DNA from: a virus
Lineage: Duplodnaviria > Caudoviricetes
Virus record (IMG/VR): IMGVR_UViG_2832220722_000003
Span: 1 to 64,000 of that record
DNA: 64,000 nt
Direction: 5' to 3' (one strand)
Part shown: piece after piece, positions 28,335 through 38,827 of the stretch
How the letters are laid out: the number at the start of each line of letters is the position of its first letter
Numbering within the stretch: position 1 is the first letter of the stretch
Translations under genes and position numbers: made by a program
Notes under the pieces: model-generated
What the model was told of the DNA's origin: nothing
Database searches by the model: none
Seen by the model: the letters and a program-made list of their open reading frames with translations, nothing else

Positions 28335-30425
28335 TTAGACCTTTTCCCAGTTGGCTTGGTCATTGGGGTTCCCGCCCTTATAGCGGTAGCCGTTGCGCAT
28401 GTCGCCCAGCTTCGGCATGCCCGTCGGCTTGGCCTCTGCCGCGCCGGTGTCGGCCCGCACCACCTGCCCCGTTTGCGTGTTGTAGCGGTAGATGCTGCCC
28501 TCGCTGGTAGAGCCGTCCGCGTTCTTCGTGGCCGGCGTGACCTGGATCTTCCAGGGCGATTCGGCCTGCTTGCCTGACAGGTCGCGGATTTGCTGCGCGA
28601 TGGCGGCGCGTTCCTCGGGCGTCTTGGCGGCCTCGTAGCGCTGGTTCAGCTTCTCCTGGCGCTCGCCCTGGCGGATGTCGAAGCCGCGCACCTGCTTTTC
28701 GAGGTTCAGGCGGCCGGCGTCAATGGCGCTGCGGGCGCCAGCGCGCGTGCTCTCGCCCTGCTCACGCATCGCGGCACGGGCGGACTCTCCCTGTTGCTGC
28801 ATGCCTTCGCGCTGCAGCCCCGCGTTCTCACGCATGGCCGCTGCATCCATGCTCGGCTGCAGGCCGCGTGCGGCGATGTCGGCCGCCAGTGCCGATTGAT
28901 ACGCGGCAATCTTTCCCTGCGGGTCTCCCTTTGCCGTAGGCCCGCGCGTGCTCCATGCCTGGGTGCTGCTGCCGCTCTGCCACTCGGGGCGGTTCGTGAT
29001 GCTGCTGGCGCTGACCTCCAGGTTGCGCAGGTCGTTGCGCGCCTGCCAGGAGTTCCCGCTGTGCAGTACCGTCGGCGCGGTGACGGTGCCCGGCTGCTGG
29101 GCCGTCATCACGCGGCCGATGGATTCCTGCTGCGAGCGCGCGGCCAGCGCATCGGCGGCTGCCACGTCGCGCGCGCTGGGCAGGCCGCGCGGCACCGCAC
29201 CGGCAATGGCGCCGTCCGCGCTGTCGGAATAGCTGTTGCCGCTGCGAAAGATGCCTGGGGCAATCTGCGTTGCGGCAGGAGTGGTCGAGGCGGGCACGGG
29301 AGTGCCAGGGTCGCCCGGCGCTGGATTCGCTGCACCACGTTCAGCGACAGCGGCGGGCGAACCTGCAGCCACGGGCGCGGTCGGCGATGCGCCGGGACGG
29401 GCGACGGCGGTCGATGCCGCTGGGGGAGGGACTGCCGGCGTGCTGCCCATGCCAAGGAACTGCTTGCCGGCGTCCACCACGGCCGGGAGCACCGCGCGCG
29501 CCGCGCCGCCGATCACGTCATCCGCCACGGCGGGCGCATAGGCCAGCGCCGCACGCGCGGCCTCCCCGGCTGCCGCACCATAGCGGCCCTGACTGGCCAG
29601 GTCGCCGATGGCCTTGCCCGACTCATTGAACACGGCGCGCGTGCCCGGCATGAAGCCTGCGGCGGTGGGCGCAGTGGCGGGCACCGCTGGCGCCGGCACC
29701 GGGGCTGCACCAGCAGTGGGCGGCGCGGCCAGGCCGCCCGTGGGAATCTGGCCGATGGACTGCGCGCGCTGCGCGTCCGTCATGCCCTGGGGCGCCTGGG
29801 TCGGCGTTGCTGCCGGCGCGGGCTGCTGGCCGATGGAGGTCGGCACCTGCGCAAAGCGCGCCGCATTCTCCGGGCTGGTGTCCACAGCCAGCCCGGACGC
29901 GCCGCCCGTCCTGGCGCGCGCAGCTGCTGCTTCCGACGCTTCCTGAGCGGAAGCCGCGGCGGCTTGGCCTGCTGCCGCGCTGTCCGCGCGCTGCTGCTCC
30001 ATGGCCTTGAAGGCATTGCCCATGTAGTCCTCACGCTTGGAGCCAACCAAGCCTCCATCAACGAAGAACAGGGGCGGCTCGGCCTGCTGCTGGGCGCCGG
30101 GCGCGAAGCCGCGCGCGGCCACGGGCGTGTGGGTCGCGCCCTTGATCTGGTCCAGGGCCTGCACACCGATGGCATGCACCTGCTCGGGCGGCAGCTTGTA
30201 TTCCCCGTTGCTCAATTGCACGGGCACGCCCTTGGCGTCTGATCCCATGGCTGCGAGTTGCTGCTCGCCCACGGCCTGGGTGCTGTCCGCGGGCATGATG
30301 TAGGTGCCGCTGGGTACGTTGTCCGACACATCGTCAGAAGTGCCGGTACCGGGGCCACGCACGGGCCCGCCGTTGGCAAAGGGTTTTGCTTTGCCGCGCA
30401 TGGAGCCGGGTTGGAAGCCTCGCAT
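28335..30425 (-). CDS. Putative internal virion or DNA-ejection protein
   Basis: FANGGPVRGPGTGTSDD...LSNGEY motif, Ala/Pro/Gln-rich body, C-terminal GYRYKGGNPNDQANWEKV. Confidence 0.65.
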   Translation of the reverse strand: MRGFQPGSMRGKAKPFANGGPVRGPGTGTSDDVSDNVPSGTYIMPADSTQAVGEQQLAAMGSDAKGVPVQLSNGEYKLPPEQVHAIGVQALDQIKGATHTPVAARGFAPGAQQQAEPPLFFVDGGLVGSKREDYMGNAFKAMEQQRADSAAAGQAAAASAQEASEAAAARARTGGASGLAVDTSPENAARFAQVPTSIGQQPAPAATPTQAPQGMTDAQRAQSIGQIPTGGLAAPPTAGAAPVPAPAVPATAPTAAGFMPGTRAVFNESGKAIGDLASQGRYGAAAGEAARAALAYAPAVADDVIGGAARAVLPAVVDAGKQFLGMGSTPAVPPPAASTAVARPGASPTAPVAAGSPAAVAERGAANPAPGDPGTPVPASTTPAATQIAPGIFRSGNSYSDSADGAIAGAVPRGLPSARDVAAADALAARSQQESIGRVMTAQQPGTVTAPTVLHSGNSWQARNDLRNLEVSASSITNRPEWQSGSSTQAWSTRGPTAKGDPQGKIAAYQSALAADIAARGLQPSMDAAAMRENAGLQREGMQQQGESARAAMREQGESTRAGARSAIDAGRLNLEKQVRGFDIRQGERQEKLNQRYEAAKTPEERAAIAQQIRDLSGKQAESPWKIQVTPATKNADGSTSEGSIYRYNTQTGQVVRADTGAAEAKPTGMPKLGDMRNGYRYKGGNPNDQANWEKV

Positions 30426-30440
30426 TGGAATCCCCTTGTG

Positions 30441-31109
30441 TTACGGCAGATAGACGTGGGTGTGATGCTCCACATCCACGCGCGTGGCCCGGCGCAGATC
30501 GCTATCCACCGGCGGGCCAAAATAGTCCGTGAACTGCTGCTCGGCCAAAGCCGCGCGCTGCAAATCAGAAGTGTCAGCGTCTGGAATGCTGAAAGCCTTG
30601 TGCAGCGCCCATGCGATCAGGTGCTTGTGGCTCGCCTCATGGATTTCAGGCTTGTCCATTTCGTTGCGCAAGCCCTTGAGCGGCAGGCGGTAGGCCTCCA
30701 GCAGCAGCCGGTCTCCCGGCTCAATCACGCCCACAACCCGCAACGAAGTCTCGTTCTGCACCGCAAAACGCGCCGGGAACTGTGCATCACGCCAATCAGG
30801 CATCTCGGCATCCAGCCACTCGCGCGACTTCAAATCAATGCCTCGCGCCTTGCCCCCATTGCCGGGGCTCAGGCGCAAGTTGATGATTTCGTAGAGCTTG
30901 GAGTGCAGCGCGTAGGTGTGCTGTCCAACGGCCAGATCCACCTCGCACATCGCGGGCAAGGCATCCTCGCGCAACAGCCGCGCCCGCATGCACGCCTGCA
31001 CCTGGCCGTCATTGAGGAAATCCGTCACCTCCTCATCTGGCCAGAAATACGGCTCCACCTTGTCGCCGGAATCCGTGCGAAAGCGGCGGATCAATTCGGC
31101 CAACGTCAT
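30441..31109 (-). CDS. Putative head-tail adaptor
   Basis: MTLAELIRRFR...YFWPDEEVTDFLNDGQ...PEIHEASHKHLIAWA motif; position after the capsid genes. Confidence 0.65.
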   Translation of the reverse strand: MTLAELIRRFRTDSGDKVEPYFWPDEEVTDFLNDGQVQACMRARLLREDALPAMCEVDLAVGQHTYALHSKLYEIINLRLSPGNGGKARGIDLKSREWLDAEMPDWRDAQFPARFAVQNETSLRVVGVIEPGDRLLLEAYRLPLKGLRNEMDKPEIHEASHKHLIAWALHKAFSIPDADTSDLQRAALAEQQFTDYFGPPVDSDLRRATRVDVEHHTHVYLP

Positions 31110-31552
31110 GCAGGCATCCCGTACTGATCGATGAAGCCACGGGCCATGTCGCGCGCCTTGGCCACGCTCACGTTGCCGGGAATCTTCTGCTGGTAGTGCT
31201 GGTCGGCCCAGGAAATCAGGGCCGCGCGGTCCATGGACTCGATGCTGTCCAGCATGTCGAAGCGCGCGTTCTCCTGCTGGCGCTGGGTGTCCTCCAGCGT
31301 CTTGGCCGCCTCAAGCTGGCGCTGGGTGTCCTCCAGCGTCTTCTGCTTCTGGCCGTCCGGGTCCGTGTCATCAGGCTTCGCCGCGTCGCCACGCTTGAAA
31401 ACGTCCTGGTGCTGCAGGAAGCGCACTGCCAGAGGCTCGGGCAGCATGCGGGTCTGCCCTGGCGTGAAGGTCAAGCCGGAGCGGTAGATGCGGTCCTTGA
31501 AAGGGTCGTCCGTGCCCGTGTAGGTCACGGCAACGTCTTGGGAAGGGGTCAT
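31106..31552 (-). CDS. Hypothetical phage protein
   Basis: 148-aa ORF coupled to the adaptor gene. Confidence 0.65.
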   Translation of the reverse strand: MTPSQDVAVTYTGTDDPFKDRIYRSGLTFTPGQTRMLPEPLAVRFLQHQDVFKRGDAAKPDDTDPDGQKQKTLEDTQRQLEAAKTLEDTQRQQENARFDMLDSIESMDRAALISWADQHYQQKIPGNVSVAKARDMARGFIDQYGMPA

Positions 31553-31577
31553 GTCATGTTCCAGTCAATGAAGCCAT

Positions 31578-31597
31578 GAAGCGGGCCGAAGCCCGCC
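31578..31597 (-). terminator. Hairpin (GCGGGC-TTCG-GCCCGC) after the capsid operon
   Basis: Perfect 6-bp stem with a UUCG loop; weak U-tract. Confidence 0.45.
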
Positions 31598-31613
31598 CCG
31601 CTCCGGCCACCGC

Positions 31614-32093
31614 TTAGCGCGGCCCCATGCGCTCGCCGTGGACGATGAAGTCCAGGCGCGCAGCCTTGGCGTTGGCCGCGCCCGCGTGCGTCCACACCAG
31701 GTAGGCCTCCTTGGCCAACTGCACGGGCGCCTTGGCGCTGGCCGTGCGCAGGCGCGCGGCGGCCGCGCCGTTCAAGGCCGCGCCGAAGTAGGCCGCGTCC
31801 TGGGGCGCTGCGGGATCGTCCACGCCGTCGCAGTAGATGAAACCCAGGTCGCCGGTCGAGCTGGCCGTCATGCCCGTGGACACGATCACCTGGGCGTCCT
31901 CCAGCAGGAAGCCCTGGGGCAGCTTCTCCAGGATCACCACATCACCGATGCCGATTGCGGCGGCAGAGTCGGAGTTGATGACGGCGCCCGCTGCATTGGT
32001 CTGCAGTGTCGCGCGCAGGGTGGTGAGGTTGCCGTAGGGCGTGAAGCCGCCGAACTGCTTGTCACCGATGAACTTCTTCTTGATGGTCGCCAT
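31614..32093 (-). CDS. Putative capsid decoration or minor head protein
   Basis: Directly downstream of the major capsid gene; SD GGAGG; beta-rich sequence. Confidence 0.6.
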   Translation of the reverse strand: MATIKKKFIGDKQFGGFTPYGNLTTLRATLQTNAAGAVINSDSAAAIGIGDVVILEKLPQGFLLEDAQVIVSTGMTASSTGDLGFIYCDGVDDPAAPQDAAYFGAALNGAAAARLRTASAKAPVQLAKEAYLVWTHAGAANAKAARLDFIVHGERMGPR

Positions 32094-32167
32094 GTCGGCC
32101 TCCAGAGATTGAGAGAGGGGAAGGAGTCAGGGCCAGCCGCGTGTGCAGCCGGCCCCAGGTCGATCCA

Positions 32168-33460
32168 TCAGCCGCGCGGCTTCATGATCTTCACGGCGGT
32201 GTCGAGCACCGTGACGCCGTGATCGGTGATTTCCTTGTGGTCGCCGTGATCCACCAGGAAGCGGATCTTCGACATGCCCAGGATGGCGCCGATCAGGATT
32301 TCCAGCTTGTCGCCGTGGTCGCCCTTTTCCTCGCTCCAGAAGAACGGGATGCCCGAGTGCTCCGAGGCGCCGAAGGCCATGGCCAGGGCCTGGCCGCCCA
32401 GCAGCAGGCCGCGGTCCACCGCGAAGGTCGTACCGAACGATGCCGGCACCTTCACGGTCGATTCCGTTTCCGAGTCGTAGGCGGCGCAATACTTGATGTC
32501 GTCGCCCGCGTAGAAGCGGATGGCCTTGGGGTTCTTCAGGATCAGGATGCCGTTCCACAGCCCCGCGTCCCCCAGGAACAGCGGGTGATCCTTGGCCAGG
32601 CGCGCGCGGGCGTGGGCATTGGCCTGGAAGGCGCGAAAGGCCGGGTCCGTCGAGAACGTGCTGTACTGCGCGGGCGAAGCCAGGAATACCCGGATGGGGC
32701 TGTCCGTCGCGGCCTGGTCGTTGTCGAACTCCACGGGCGGCGGGGGCAGCGGGATGCTATCGCCCCAGGCGCGAACGGAGTCGAGCACGTCCATGCTCAG
32801 GGTGTCGGTGGTGGAAATCACCAGTTCGCCCGCGTTGGCTTTCAGCTCGGCCACGCTGCCCGCGCCGGCCACGAGGTGGCGGTTCTTGCTGGGCGCCTTC
32901 ACGCGGTTGACCATGATGTCCGCGAACTTCGGATGCGTGTCCACGGGCACAGACCACTCGATCTTGTGGTCGTGATAGCCGCGCGCGCCGGACAGGTGCA
33001 CCAGGATGGACTGGTCCATGTACTGGTTCATCAGCTTCTGCGCCTTGGGGCGGGCCATGCGGCGCTGGTCGAACGGGCTGCGCAGCGTCGTCATGGTGTT
33101 GCCCATGTCGATGGGGAAGCGCGCCTGGTTCACGCGCAGCTTGTCCTCGCTGTAGGACATGCCGATGCCCTTGCCCTCGGCGTACTCGCTGCCCATGATC
33201 GGGTAGCCACCGATGGGGTTGTCCAAGTGGAAGGTGATTTCGTCACCCTTGTTCTTGGTCAGGTTGTCCGCACGCACGATGGGCATCGAGGTCTTGGACT
33301 GGTTGCCCTTGGCGGCGGCCACGGCCGCGTCCACCTTGGGCATGGAGCCCGTCAGGTGGCGCATCTGCGTGTTGCGCTGGCTGCAGGTGCTGAAAACACC
33401 CACGGCCTGCTGGATCATGGCGCCCGGTGCGCCATGAGGGGTATTGGTTTTGGTTTCCAC
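32168..33460 (-). CDS. Major capsid protein, N4-gp56/DUF4043 family
   Basis: PIVRADNLTKNKGDEITF; HLSGARG; HPLFLGDAGLWNGILI; RGLLLGGQALAMAFG; DHGVTVLDT; GTG start with SD AAGGAG. Confidence 0.88.
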   Translation of the reverse strand: METKTNTPHGAPGAMIQQAVGVFSTCSQRNTQMRHLTGSMPKVDAAVAAAKGNQSKTSMPIVRADNLTKNKGDEITFHLDNPIGGYPIMGSEYAEGKGIGMSYSEDKLRVNQARFPIDMGNTMTTLRSPFDQRRMARPKAQKLMNQYMDQSILVHLSGARGYHDHKIEWSVPVDTHPKFADIMVNRVKAPSKNRHLVAGAGSVAELKANAGELVISTTDTLSMDVLDSVRAWGDSIPLPPPPVEFDNDQAATDSPIRVFLASPAQYSTFSTDPAFRAFQANAHARARLAKDHPLFLGDAGLWNGILILKNPKAIRFYAGDDIKYCAAYDSETESTVKVPASFGTTFAVDRGLLLGGQALAMAFGASEHSGIPFFWSEEKGDHGDKLEILIGAILGMSKIRFLVDHGDHKEITDHGVTVLDTAVKIMKPRG

Positions 33461-33470
33461 GTCTGGCTCC

Positions 33471-34508
33471 TTAAACGGTGCGGTTCAGCCAGGCCTCGAT
33501 CTGCTCAGGCGTCATGCCTTGCGTCGCACTGAGCATTTCGGGGCCGGACATATCCGCCGTGCGGTCCAGGGCGGTAGCGCCGCCCGCGTGCCCACCAGGA
33601 ATGCTGGAAAGGCTCGCAGGGGCTTCGCTCCTGGCTGCCGCGATGGCGGCGCTGGCGGCGGCCTTGGTGTCGGCTGCCGCAGTGGTGTTGGTCTTCGGCG
33701 TGGTCGCCGCCTTGAAGGCGTCGAACACCTCCACGATTTGCTCGGCCGTGCCACCCGTCTTGTGGTCGAACAGCCCCCAATAGGCGCTGCGCACGGCACT
33801 GGGCTGGGCATCCACCCAGGCCTTGAACTCGCTGCTCTGCGCAATCGAGTCTGCGTCGGGGTGCTTGCCGTAGATGGCCTCGTAGTGGGCGGCCGCAGCG
33901 TCCTGCTGCTGCTTGGCTTGCAGGGGCTTCAAGGCTTCTGCCACGCGGGCACCCACCTGTTCCGCCACCTTCAGATCAACCAGCGTCTGGATGCCCTTGG
34001 CCAGTGCTTCCTCGGAGAAATCCCCGAACAAGTTCGCGTCCGCGCCCGCGTTAATGGCCGCCTGTGCCTGGGCTGCCATCGTGTCGGTCTTGGTCGCGGC
34101 CTCGCCCGCGTCCGCCCGCGCCTGGGCCTGCGCCTGCAGCTCGGCCAGCGCTTGCTGGGCGGCTTCTGCCTGCGCTTTCCAGTGCTGCTCGCCTTCGCGG
34201 TGCTTGACCAGCGTCTCGTAGGGGATGGTGTGTTTGCCATCGCGTGCCAGCACCACGGCCTTCGCGGGGTCTTCCGCGTCGGCCGGGGTGTTGGCGTCCT
34301 TCGGGTCACTGGCGGCGGCTGCCGCGTCGGCATTGCTCTTGGCCGTCTCATCGCCACCGGCAGCGCCCTTGTCGTCCGTCGCAGGGGTGGTCGCGGGCGC
34401 GCCACCGTTGTCCGGCTGGGCGCCGGTATCGCCCTCACCCAGGCTCAGGGCCTGTAGTGCCTGCTCCGGCGTCAGTGCGCCGTCGATGTTGGAGTAATCG
34501 AATTCCAT
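33471..34508 (-). CDS. Putative scaffolding protein
   Basis: Acidic Ala-rich coiled protein with DGKHTIPY motif, between portal and capsid; start reassigned to MEFDYS. Confidence 0.7.
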   Translation of the reverse strand: MEFDYSNIDGALTPEQALQALSLGEGDTGAQPDNGGAPATTPATDDKGAAGGDETAKSNADAAAAASDPKDANTPADAEDPAKAVVLARDGKHTIPYETLVKHREGEQHWKAQAEAAQQALAELQAQAQARADAGEAATKTDTMAAQAQAAINAGADANLFGDFSEEALAKGIQTLVDLKVAEQVGARVAEALKPLQAKQQQDAAAAHYEAIYGKHPDADSIAQSSEFKAWVDAQPSAVRSAYWGLFDHKTGGTAEQIVEVFDAFKAATTPKTNTTAAADTKAAASAAIAAARSEAPASLSSIPGGHAGGATALDRTADMSGPEMLSATQGMTPEQIEAWLNRTV

Positions 34509-34690
34509 GTGTGATGTCGTCCTGCTTTCCCGCCACATATCGCCGTGGCCGCAAGGGGCCGCAATCCGGTGCAAGCGTTTGTCGTGCTTGCTCCATCTGC
34601 TATGTTTTCCGCAGCGCTCGCGCGCCCCGGGCTTCGCCATCCGCTCGCGCGTCCGGCTTGGGTGGCACTGTCAATTCGGAGAGCAGATTC

Positions 34691-34708
34691 CCTAAGCCCT
34701 ATACCGGG
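34691..34708 (-). promoter_or_regulatory. Late-promoter motif copy 5 (variant CCGGTATAGGGCTTAG)
   Basis: AGCCCTAT at 34695-34702, just after the portal terminator and upstream of scaffold/capsid. Confidence 0.55.
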
Positions 34709-34716
34709 CGAGCACG

Positions 34717-34740
34717 AAAAAGCCGCCTCTGCGGGCGGCT
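34717..34740 (-). terminator. Intrinsic terminator after the portal gene
   Basis: AGCCGCC-CGCAGA-GGCGGCT-TTTT on the minus strand. Confidence 0.7.
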
Positions 34741-34757
34741 GGATGGGGTGGCCTGGA

Positions 34758-37073
34758 TCAGGCTTGCAGGTTGTCGGCCATCTCCGGCGTCTCGATCCCG
34801 TTCATGCCCGTGGGCGGCTGCTGCGGCACGGGCGGAAATGCGGGGCTGGTGTTCTGGCGCACGGCCGGCGCCGCGCCCGCCTCCGCTTCGGTCTCGGGCA
34901 CAGCCTCTGCGCCGCCGCCCTGGATGTACGGGTGCGGCACGTTCATCGCGGCGGTGGCGTCCGGCGTCGGGAAGTTGGGATCGTCGCCACCCGGCGTGGG
35001 CTTCTTGTAGCCCGCGCCCTGCATGATGGCGTCCGCGATGGGCGCGATCATGGGCATCTGCGCCACCTGCGCGCCGCCCTGCATGGCGCTGAATGCCGCC
35101 TGCACGCCGATCTGCACGGCCTGCGCCATGATCTGCTTGATCTCGGCATCGGTCTTGCGCTCCTTCATGTCCAGCTCGCGCGCCTTCAACTCGTTGCCGG
35201 CCTCCTTGAGCGCCTGGGCCACGGCCTGCTGGATGCGCTTCTCCACCTGCTCGGGCGTCTCCTGCGCGCCGGCCTGCTGCAGCGCCTGCACCAGTTGCTC
35301 CTTGAAAGGCACATCCATCAGCGAAGCCATGAGCGGCATCACCACGGCCTGGAACTGCGGCGGCAGGCCCTTCACCACCTCGCTCATTGCATTGAGCTGC
35401 TGGCCGCGATAGGTCCTGCTGCTCGGCACATCCTCCAGCCCCACCATGAGCCGCGTGCGCTGCAGGTCGTTCGACAGGTAGGGGTAGCCGGCCTCGTCCA
35501 CCTCGGGGTGGTTGATGACGATGGTGCGCGCGGGCGTTATGGCATCGCCCTCGATCACCACGGTGGTTTCCGTCTTCCCCATGTCCTGCACGATCATCGA
35601 CATCAGCAACTCGCCCACCTGGGTCCGGCCGCGCCGGAAGTTGCCCATCATGTGGGCCAGGCTCTGGTTGGCCTGCTCCACCTGGGTCTGCTCCTGCACG
35701 CCGCTAGTGGCCGTGCCGCGCCGGCCGGAGAAGGCCCCGGCCGCCGCCGGGTTCACGCGCTCGATGGCCTGCCGCGCGTTGGCCAGCATGTCGAGCTGCT
35801 GCGCGGTCAACTGGAAATCGCGCTCCACCTTGAAGCGCGCGCCGGGCTGCGCCATGTGGGCCGCGTCCAACTCGACGTCGGCATCCAACCGTCCCACCGT
35901 GCGGCGGAAGACATCGGCGGGCATCGCCACGGCGCCCTTGGTGCGCTCCACGCGGTACGCGCTCATGCCCCAGCGCAAGCGCGAGTTCCCCGAGTTCAGC
36001 GTGTCCTGTTGGTAGAGCATGTTGCGGATGTACCCGAAAGGCACGCGCGTCTGTTCCTCGCGGAAGCCCCAGAACGGGACATAGGGGAAGTAGCGGTGCG
36101 CGTACGGCGTGGGGCCATCAAACAGGACGTGAGGCCCCAGCCAGTAGCTGCGGCGCACCCGCGCCACCACCGCGCGCCGGAACTGCACCAGGCGGTTGGC
36201 CACGGCATGCACATGGGCGGGGTTGGCGTCGTCGAACTCCACCACGCGGCCGTCGCGGCTCTTGAGCACCACGACATCGACCCAGCGGCGATACCACAGC
36301 TCGGTCGCGCACACCTCCTTGTTGAACGGGTTGTACCAGCGGTCCTCGGCCACGGTCCAGGAGCGCGCCACGTCGAACGCCCGGTTCAGGCCCGTGCTGC
36401 CGCCGCCGTAGCCGACATCGTCGAATTCTCTCCACCAGCCGATTCCCGCCTTGCCGAAGCGGCGGATCAGCTCCGCGTGCTGCGGGAACACGCGCGCAAG
36501 GCGGCTCGGGTGCATCCAGCGCTGGCGCCGCAGCCAGCGCGCGTCCGACAGGTCGTCCTCCGCGCTCGACCAGTCCCAGTGGATCTCGTTGCGGTTCACG
36601 GCCTTGCACTGGTAGGGGAAGGCGAACGGGTCATCGCCCTTGCTCACCTCCACCCAGCCCAGCCCGACCCCGATCTGCGAGTAGAAGGCCTTGCTGCAGG
36701 CGTCGTCGGCCTTGCTGTTGCGCTCGCTCTCGTTCAGCTTGAACGATATGGCGGCGGCCACGTCCTGCCCGCCCGGCTGCCCGTTGGCCGTCACGCGCCA
36801 GTCCGTGCGCGTGGCTTCCTCATGACCGCGAATGCCCTCCAGGGTCGCGCCGATCAGGTTCTCCATCGACGGCGGGATGCCCAGCCTGCGCTGCGCCTCC
36901 AGCAGCTCGGTCTTGAGTTGGTTGCCCTCGGCATAGTCCATTTCCCGGTCGGCAATGGGGCGCCACTCGCGCGGTTGGTTCTCGATTTCCTCGTGGATTT
37001 CACGGTACTCGGCCAGCGTCAACGCGCCGTCCGGGGTGTCCACCGGATCGATGGCGGTCTGTGTGTCTTGCAT
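34758..37073 (-). CDS. Portal protein (podovirus/P22-like)
   Basis: DYAEGNQ; GLGWVEV; FPYVPFWGFRE...PFGYIRNMLYQQD; SGVQEQTQVEQ; follows TerL. Confidence 0.85.
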   Translation of the reverse strand: MQDTQTAIDPVDTPDGALTLAEYREIHEEIENQPREWRPIADREMDYAEGNQLKTELLEAQRRLGIPPSMENLIGATLEGIRGHEEATRTDWRVTANGQPGGQDVAAAISFKLNESERNSKADDACSKAFYSQIGVGLGWVEVSKGDDPFAFPYQCKAVNRNEIHWDWSSAEDDLSDARWLRRQRWMHPSRLARVFPQHAELIRRFGKAGIGWWREFDDVGYGGGSTGLNRAFDVARSWTVAEDRWYNPFNKEVCATELWYRRWVDVVVLKSRDGRVVEFDDANPAHVHAVANRLVQFRRAVVARVRRSYWLGPHVLFDGPTPYAHRYFPYVPFWGFREEQTRVPFGYIRNMLYQQDTLNSGNSRLRWGMSAYRVERTKGAVAMPADVFRRTVGRLDADVELDAAHMAQPGARFKVERDFQLTAQQLDMLANARQAIERVNPAAAGAFSGRRGTATSGVQEQTQVEQANQSLAHMMGNFRRGRTQVGELLMSMIVQDMGKTETTVVIEGDAITPARTIVINHPEVDEAGYPYLSNDLQRTRLMVGLEDVPSSRTYRGQQLNAMSEVVKGLPPQFQAVVMPLMASLMDVPFKEQLVQALQQAGAQETPEQVEKRIQQAVAQALKEAGNELKARELDMKERKTDAEIKQIMAQAVQIGVQAAFSAMQGGAQVAQMPMIAPIADAIMQGAGYKKPTPGGDDPNFPTPDATAAMNVPHPYIQGGGAEAVPETEAEAGAAPAVRQNTSPAFPPVPQQPPTGMNGIETPEMADNLQA

Positions 37074-37084
37074 GGTGGTGGTCC

Positions 37085-38827
37085 TCAATAGCAAACCGGC
37101 TCGGGGGCCTCGATGTATCCCTGGCCGGCCGTTGCCAGGCTGTTCAGCAGCCCCAGTTCCTTGGCCTGGGCGTACTGGCGGTAGGCGTCCGCGCCCTCGC
37201 TGCAGCCGTTGCTCTTGTCGGGGTGGTCGTCCAGGTAGCGGGCGTCGGCCGTGCTCCACTTCTTCTTGTAGTTCGCCAGCCGCTCCACGCCCTCTTTCGT
37301 GCCCTCCAGGTCGAACCACGCCGCCTTGAGGTGCTTGCGTGCCGCGTAGATGCCGGTCATCAACTGCGTGGTGCGCGGCACGATGAAGAAGGTCTGCCCG
37401 GGCAGCAGGTCCTGCAACTGCTCCTTGGTGGACTTGTTGTAGTCGCTCAGGCGCTTGTGGTCGGCGTCATGCGGCAGGAAGTGGGCGCCGTACAGGAAGC
37501 CGCGGCGCTGCAACTCGACCGCGTAGTGCCGCAGATCCTCGTTGTGCCCCTCGTAGTAGCCGATGAAGCGGTCTTCCTGGCCCAGCATCTGCATGAACCA
37601 GATGGCGCAGCCGTCGCTGTTGCCGATGTCCCAGAACGTGTAGACGGGCAGATCCAGCACGGGCACCTGGGTAATGCCGCCGCGCTTGCGCAGGATCATC
37701 AGCTCCTTGGCGAAGTAGTTGCCCGCCACGCTCTGCTGGAAGGCCTCGGCCGGCGTGCTCGGGTACTCGCGCCACATCCGCTCCTCGGCGCCCGCGAAGT
37801 CGTTGCGCTGCTTCTCCGCGTACCAGGCACGCTGCCCCAGGTCGATGGTGCAGCCCATCAGCTGCTCTATCTCGGCAAAGTAGTCGTGCAGCTCCCGGCT
37901 GATGGGCACGCCGGCCGGGTCCATCGAATACTCCGGCTCCTGCCACCAGGCGTAGAAGTGGAAGCGGTACTGCGATCTGGTCAGCTTGGCCGCACCCACC
38001 ACCAGCGCCTGGGCGCGCTGGCACATTTTGTAGAACTCGCCATCGGTGCCCTCGGCCGTGGACTCAACCACGATGATCCCGCTCAGGGGAACGGCCTGAA
38101 ACGAGCCCGTCACCACTTCCTCGGCCTTGGCCGGGAACTTGGCGCAAATCTTGCCGAACTCGGAGACGTGCAGCCGGTGGATGGTGCCGCCGCGCACCGA
38201 CGTGGCCACGCGCATGCTGCTGTTGTTGTGCGCGAACAGCAATTCCTTGGTGCTCGCGCGCGCCAGCGGGAAGCGCTCCCGAATCTCCTGCGGCAGGTGG
38301 TCGTAGGCGAACACCACCTTGTCGCGGAAGATCGCCTCGGCCGTTTCGCGATCCTGCGCGATCATGCCGCAGCGCTGGTTGCTGTTCCAGAGCGCGTGAT
38401 CGAGCCAGAGGATGGCGATCAGGGTGGTGAAGCCGAGCTGGCGCGCCTTGAGGATCAGGTTGCGGTGCCACAGCCGCACGATGAAGCGGCGCTGCGCGCG
38501 ATTGGGCTTGAAGGGCTGGACAAAGCTCTCGTCGTCGTCTTCTCCCTTGACGATGATCTGGTAGAGCACGCCCGAGAACAGGCGCCACTCCACATCAGCC
38601 AGGCACCGCGCCAGCTCGTCGCGATCGGTGGGCAGGTGCTCGGGCGGGATGACATGCGGTCCACGCCTGGGCCGGCGCTCCGCCTTGGCATCCCAGTTGC
38701 AGCCCAGCTGCGCGTCCAGGTCGCGGCCGCGCTCCACGTCGATGACGGCCTCGTCCTCGTCCAAGCAGCCGGGTTCCGCCGCGGCGCCGCGCGCGGCACG
38801 GGCACGCTGTGGGTGCTTAGTCGCCAT
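37085..38827 (-). CDS. terL: Terminase large subunit
   Basis: ILKARQLGFTT Walker A, LHVSEFG Walker B, ESTAEG coupling motif, WDIG nuclease motif. Confidence 0.93.
   Translation of the reverse strand: MATKHPQRARAARGAAAEPGCLDEDEAVIDVERGRDLDAQLGCNWDAKAERRPRRGPHVIPPEHLPTDRDELARCLADVEWRLFSGVLYQIIVKGEDDDESFVQPFKPNRAQRRFIVRLWHRNLILKARQLGFTTLIAILWLDHALWNSNQRCGMIAQDRETAEAIFRDKVVFAYDHLPQEIRERFPLARASTKELLFAHNNSSMRVATSVRGGTIHRLHVSEFGKICAKFPAKAEEVVTGSFQAVPLSGIIVVESTAEGTDGEFYKMCQRAQALVVGAAKLTRSQYRFHFYAWWQEPEYSMDPAGVPISRELHDYFAEIEQLMGCTIDLGQRAWYAEKQRNDFAGAEERMWREYPSTPAEAFQQSVAGNYFAKELMILRKRGGITQVPVLDLPVYTFWDIGNSDGCAIWFMQMLGQEDRFIGYYEGHNEDLRHYAVELQRRGFLYGAHFLPHDADHKRLSDYNKSTKEQLQDLLPGQTFFIVPRTTQLMTGIYAARKHLKAAWFDLEGTKEGVERLANYKKKWSTADARYLDDHPDKSNGCSEGADAYRQYAQAKELGLLNSLATAGQGYIEAPEPVCY

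Noticed and set aside
31279-31342. Duplicated KTLEDTQRQ coding segment
   Set aside because: Simple in-frame tandem duplication in a coiled region; no further structure
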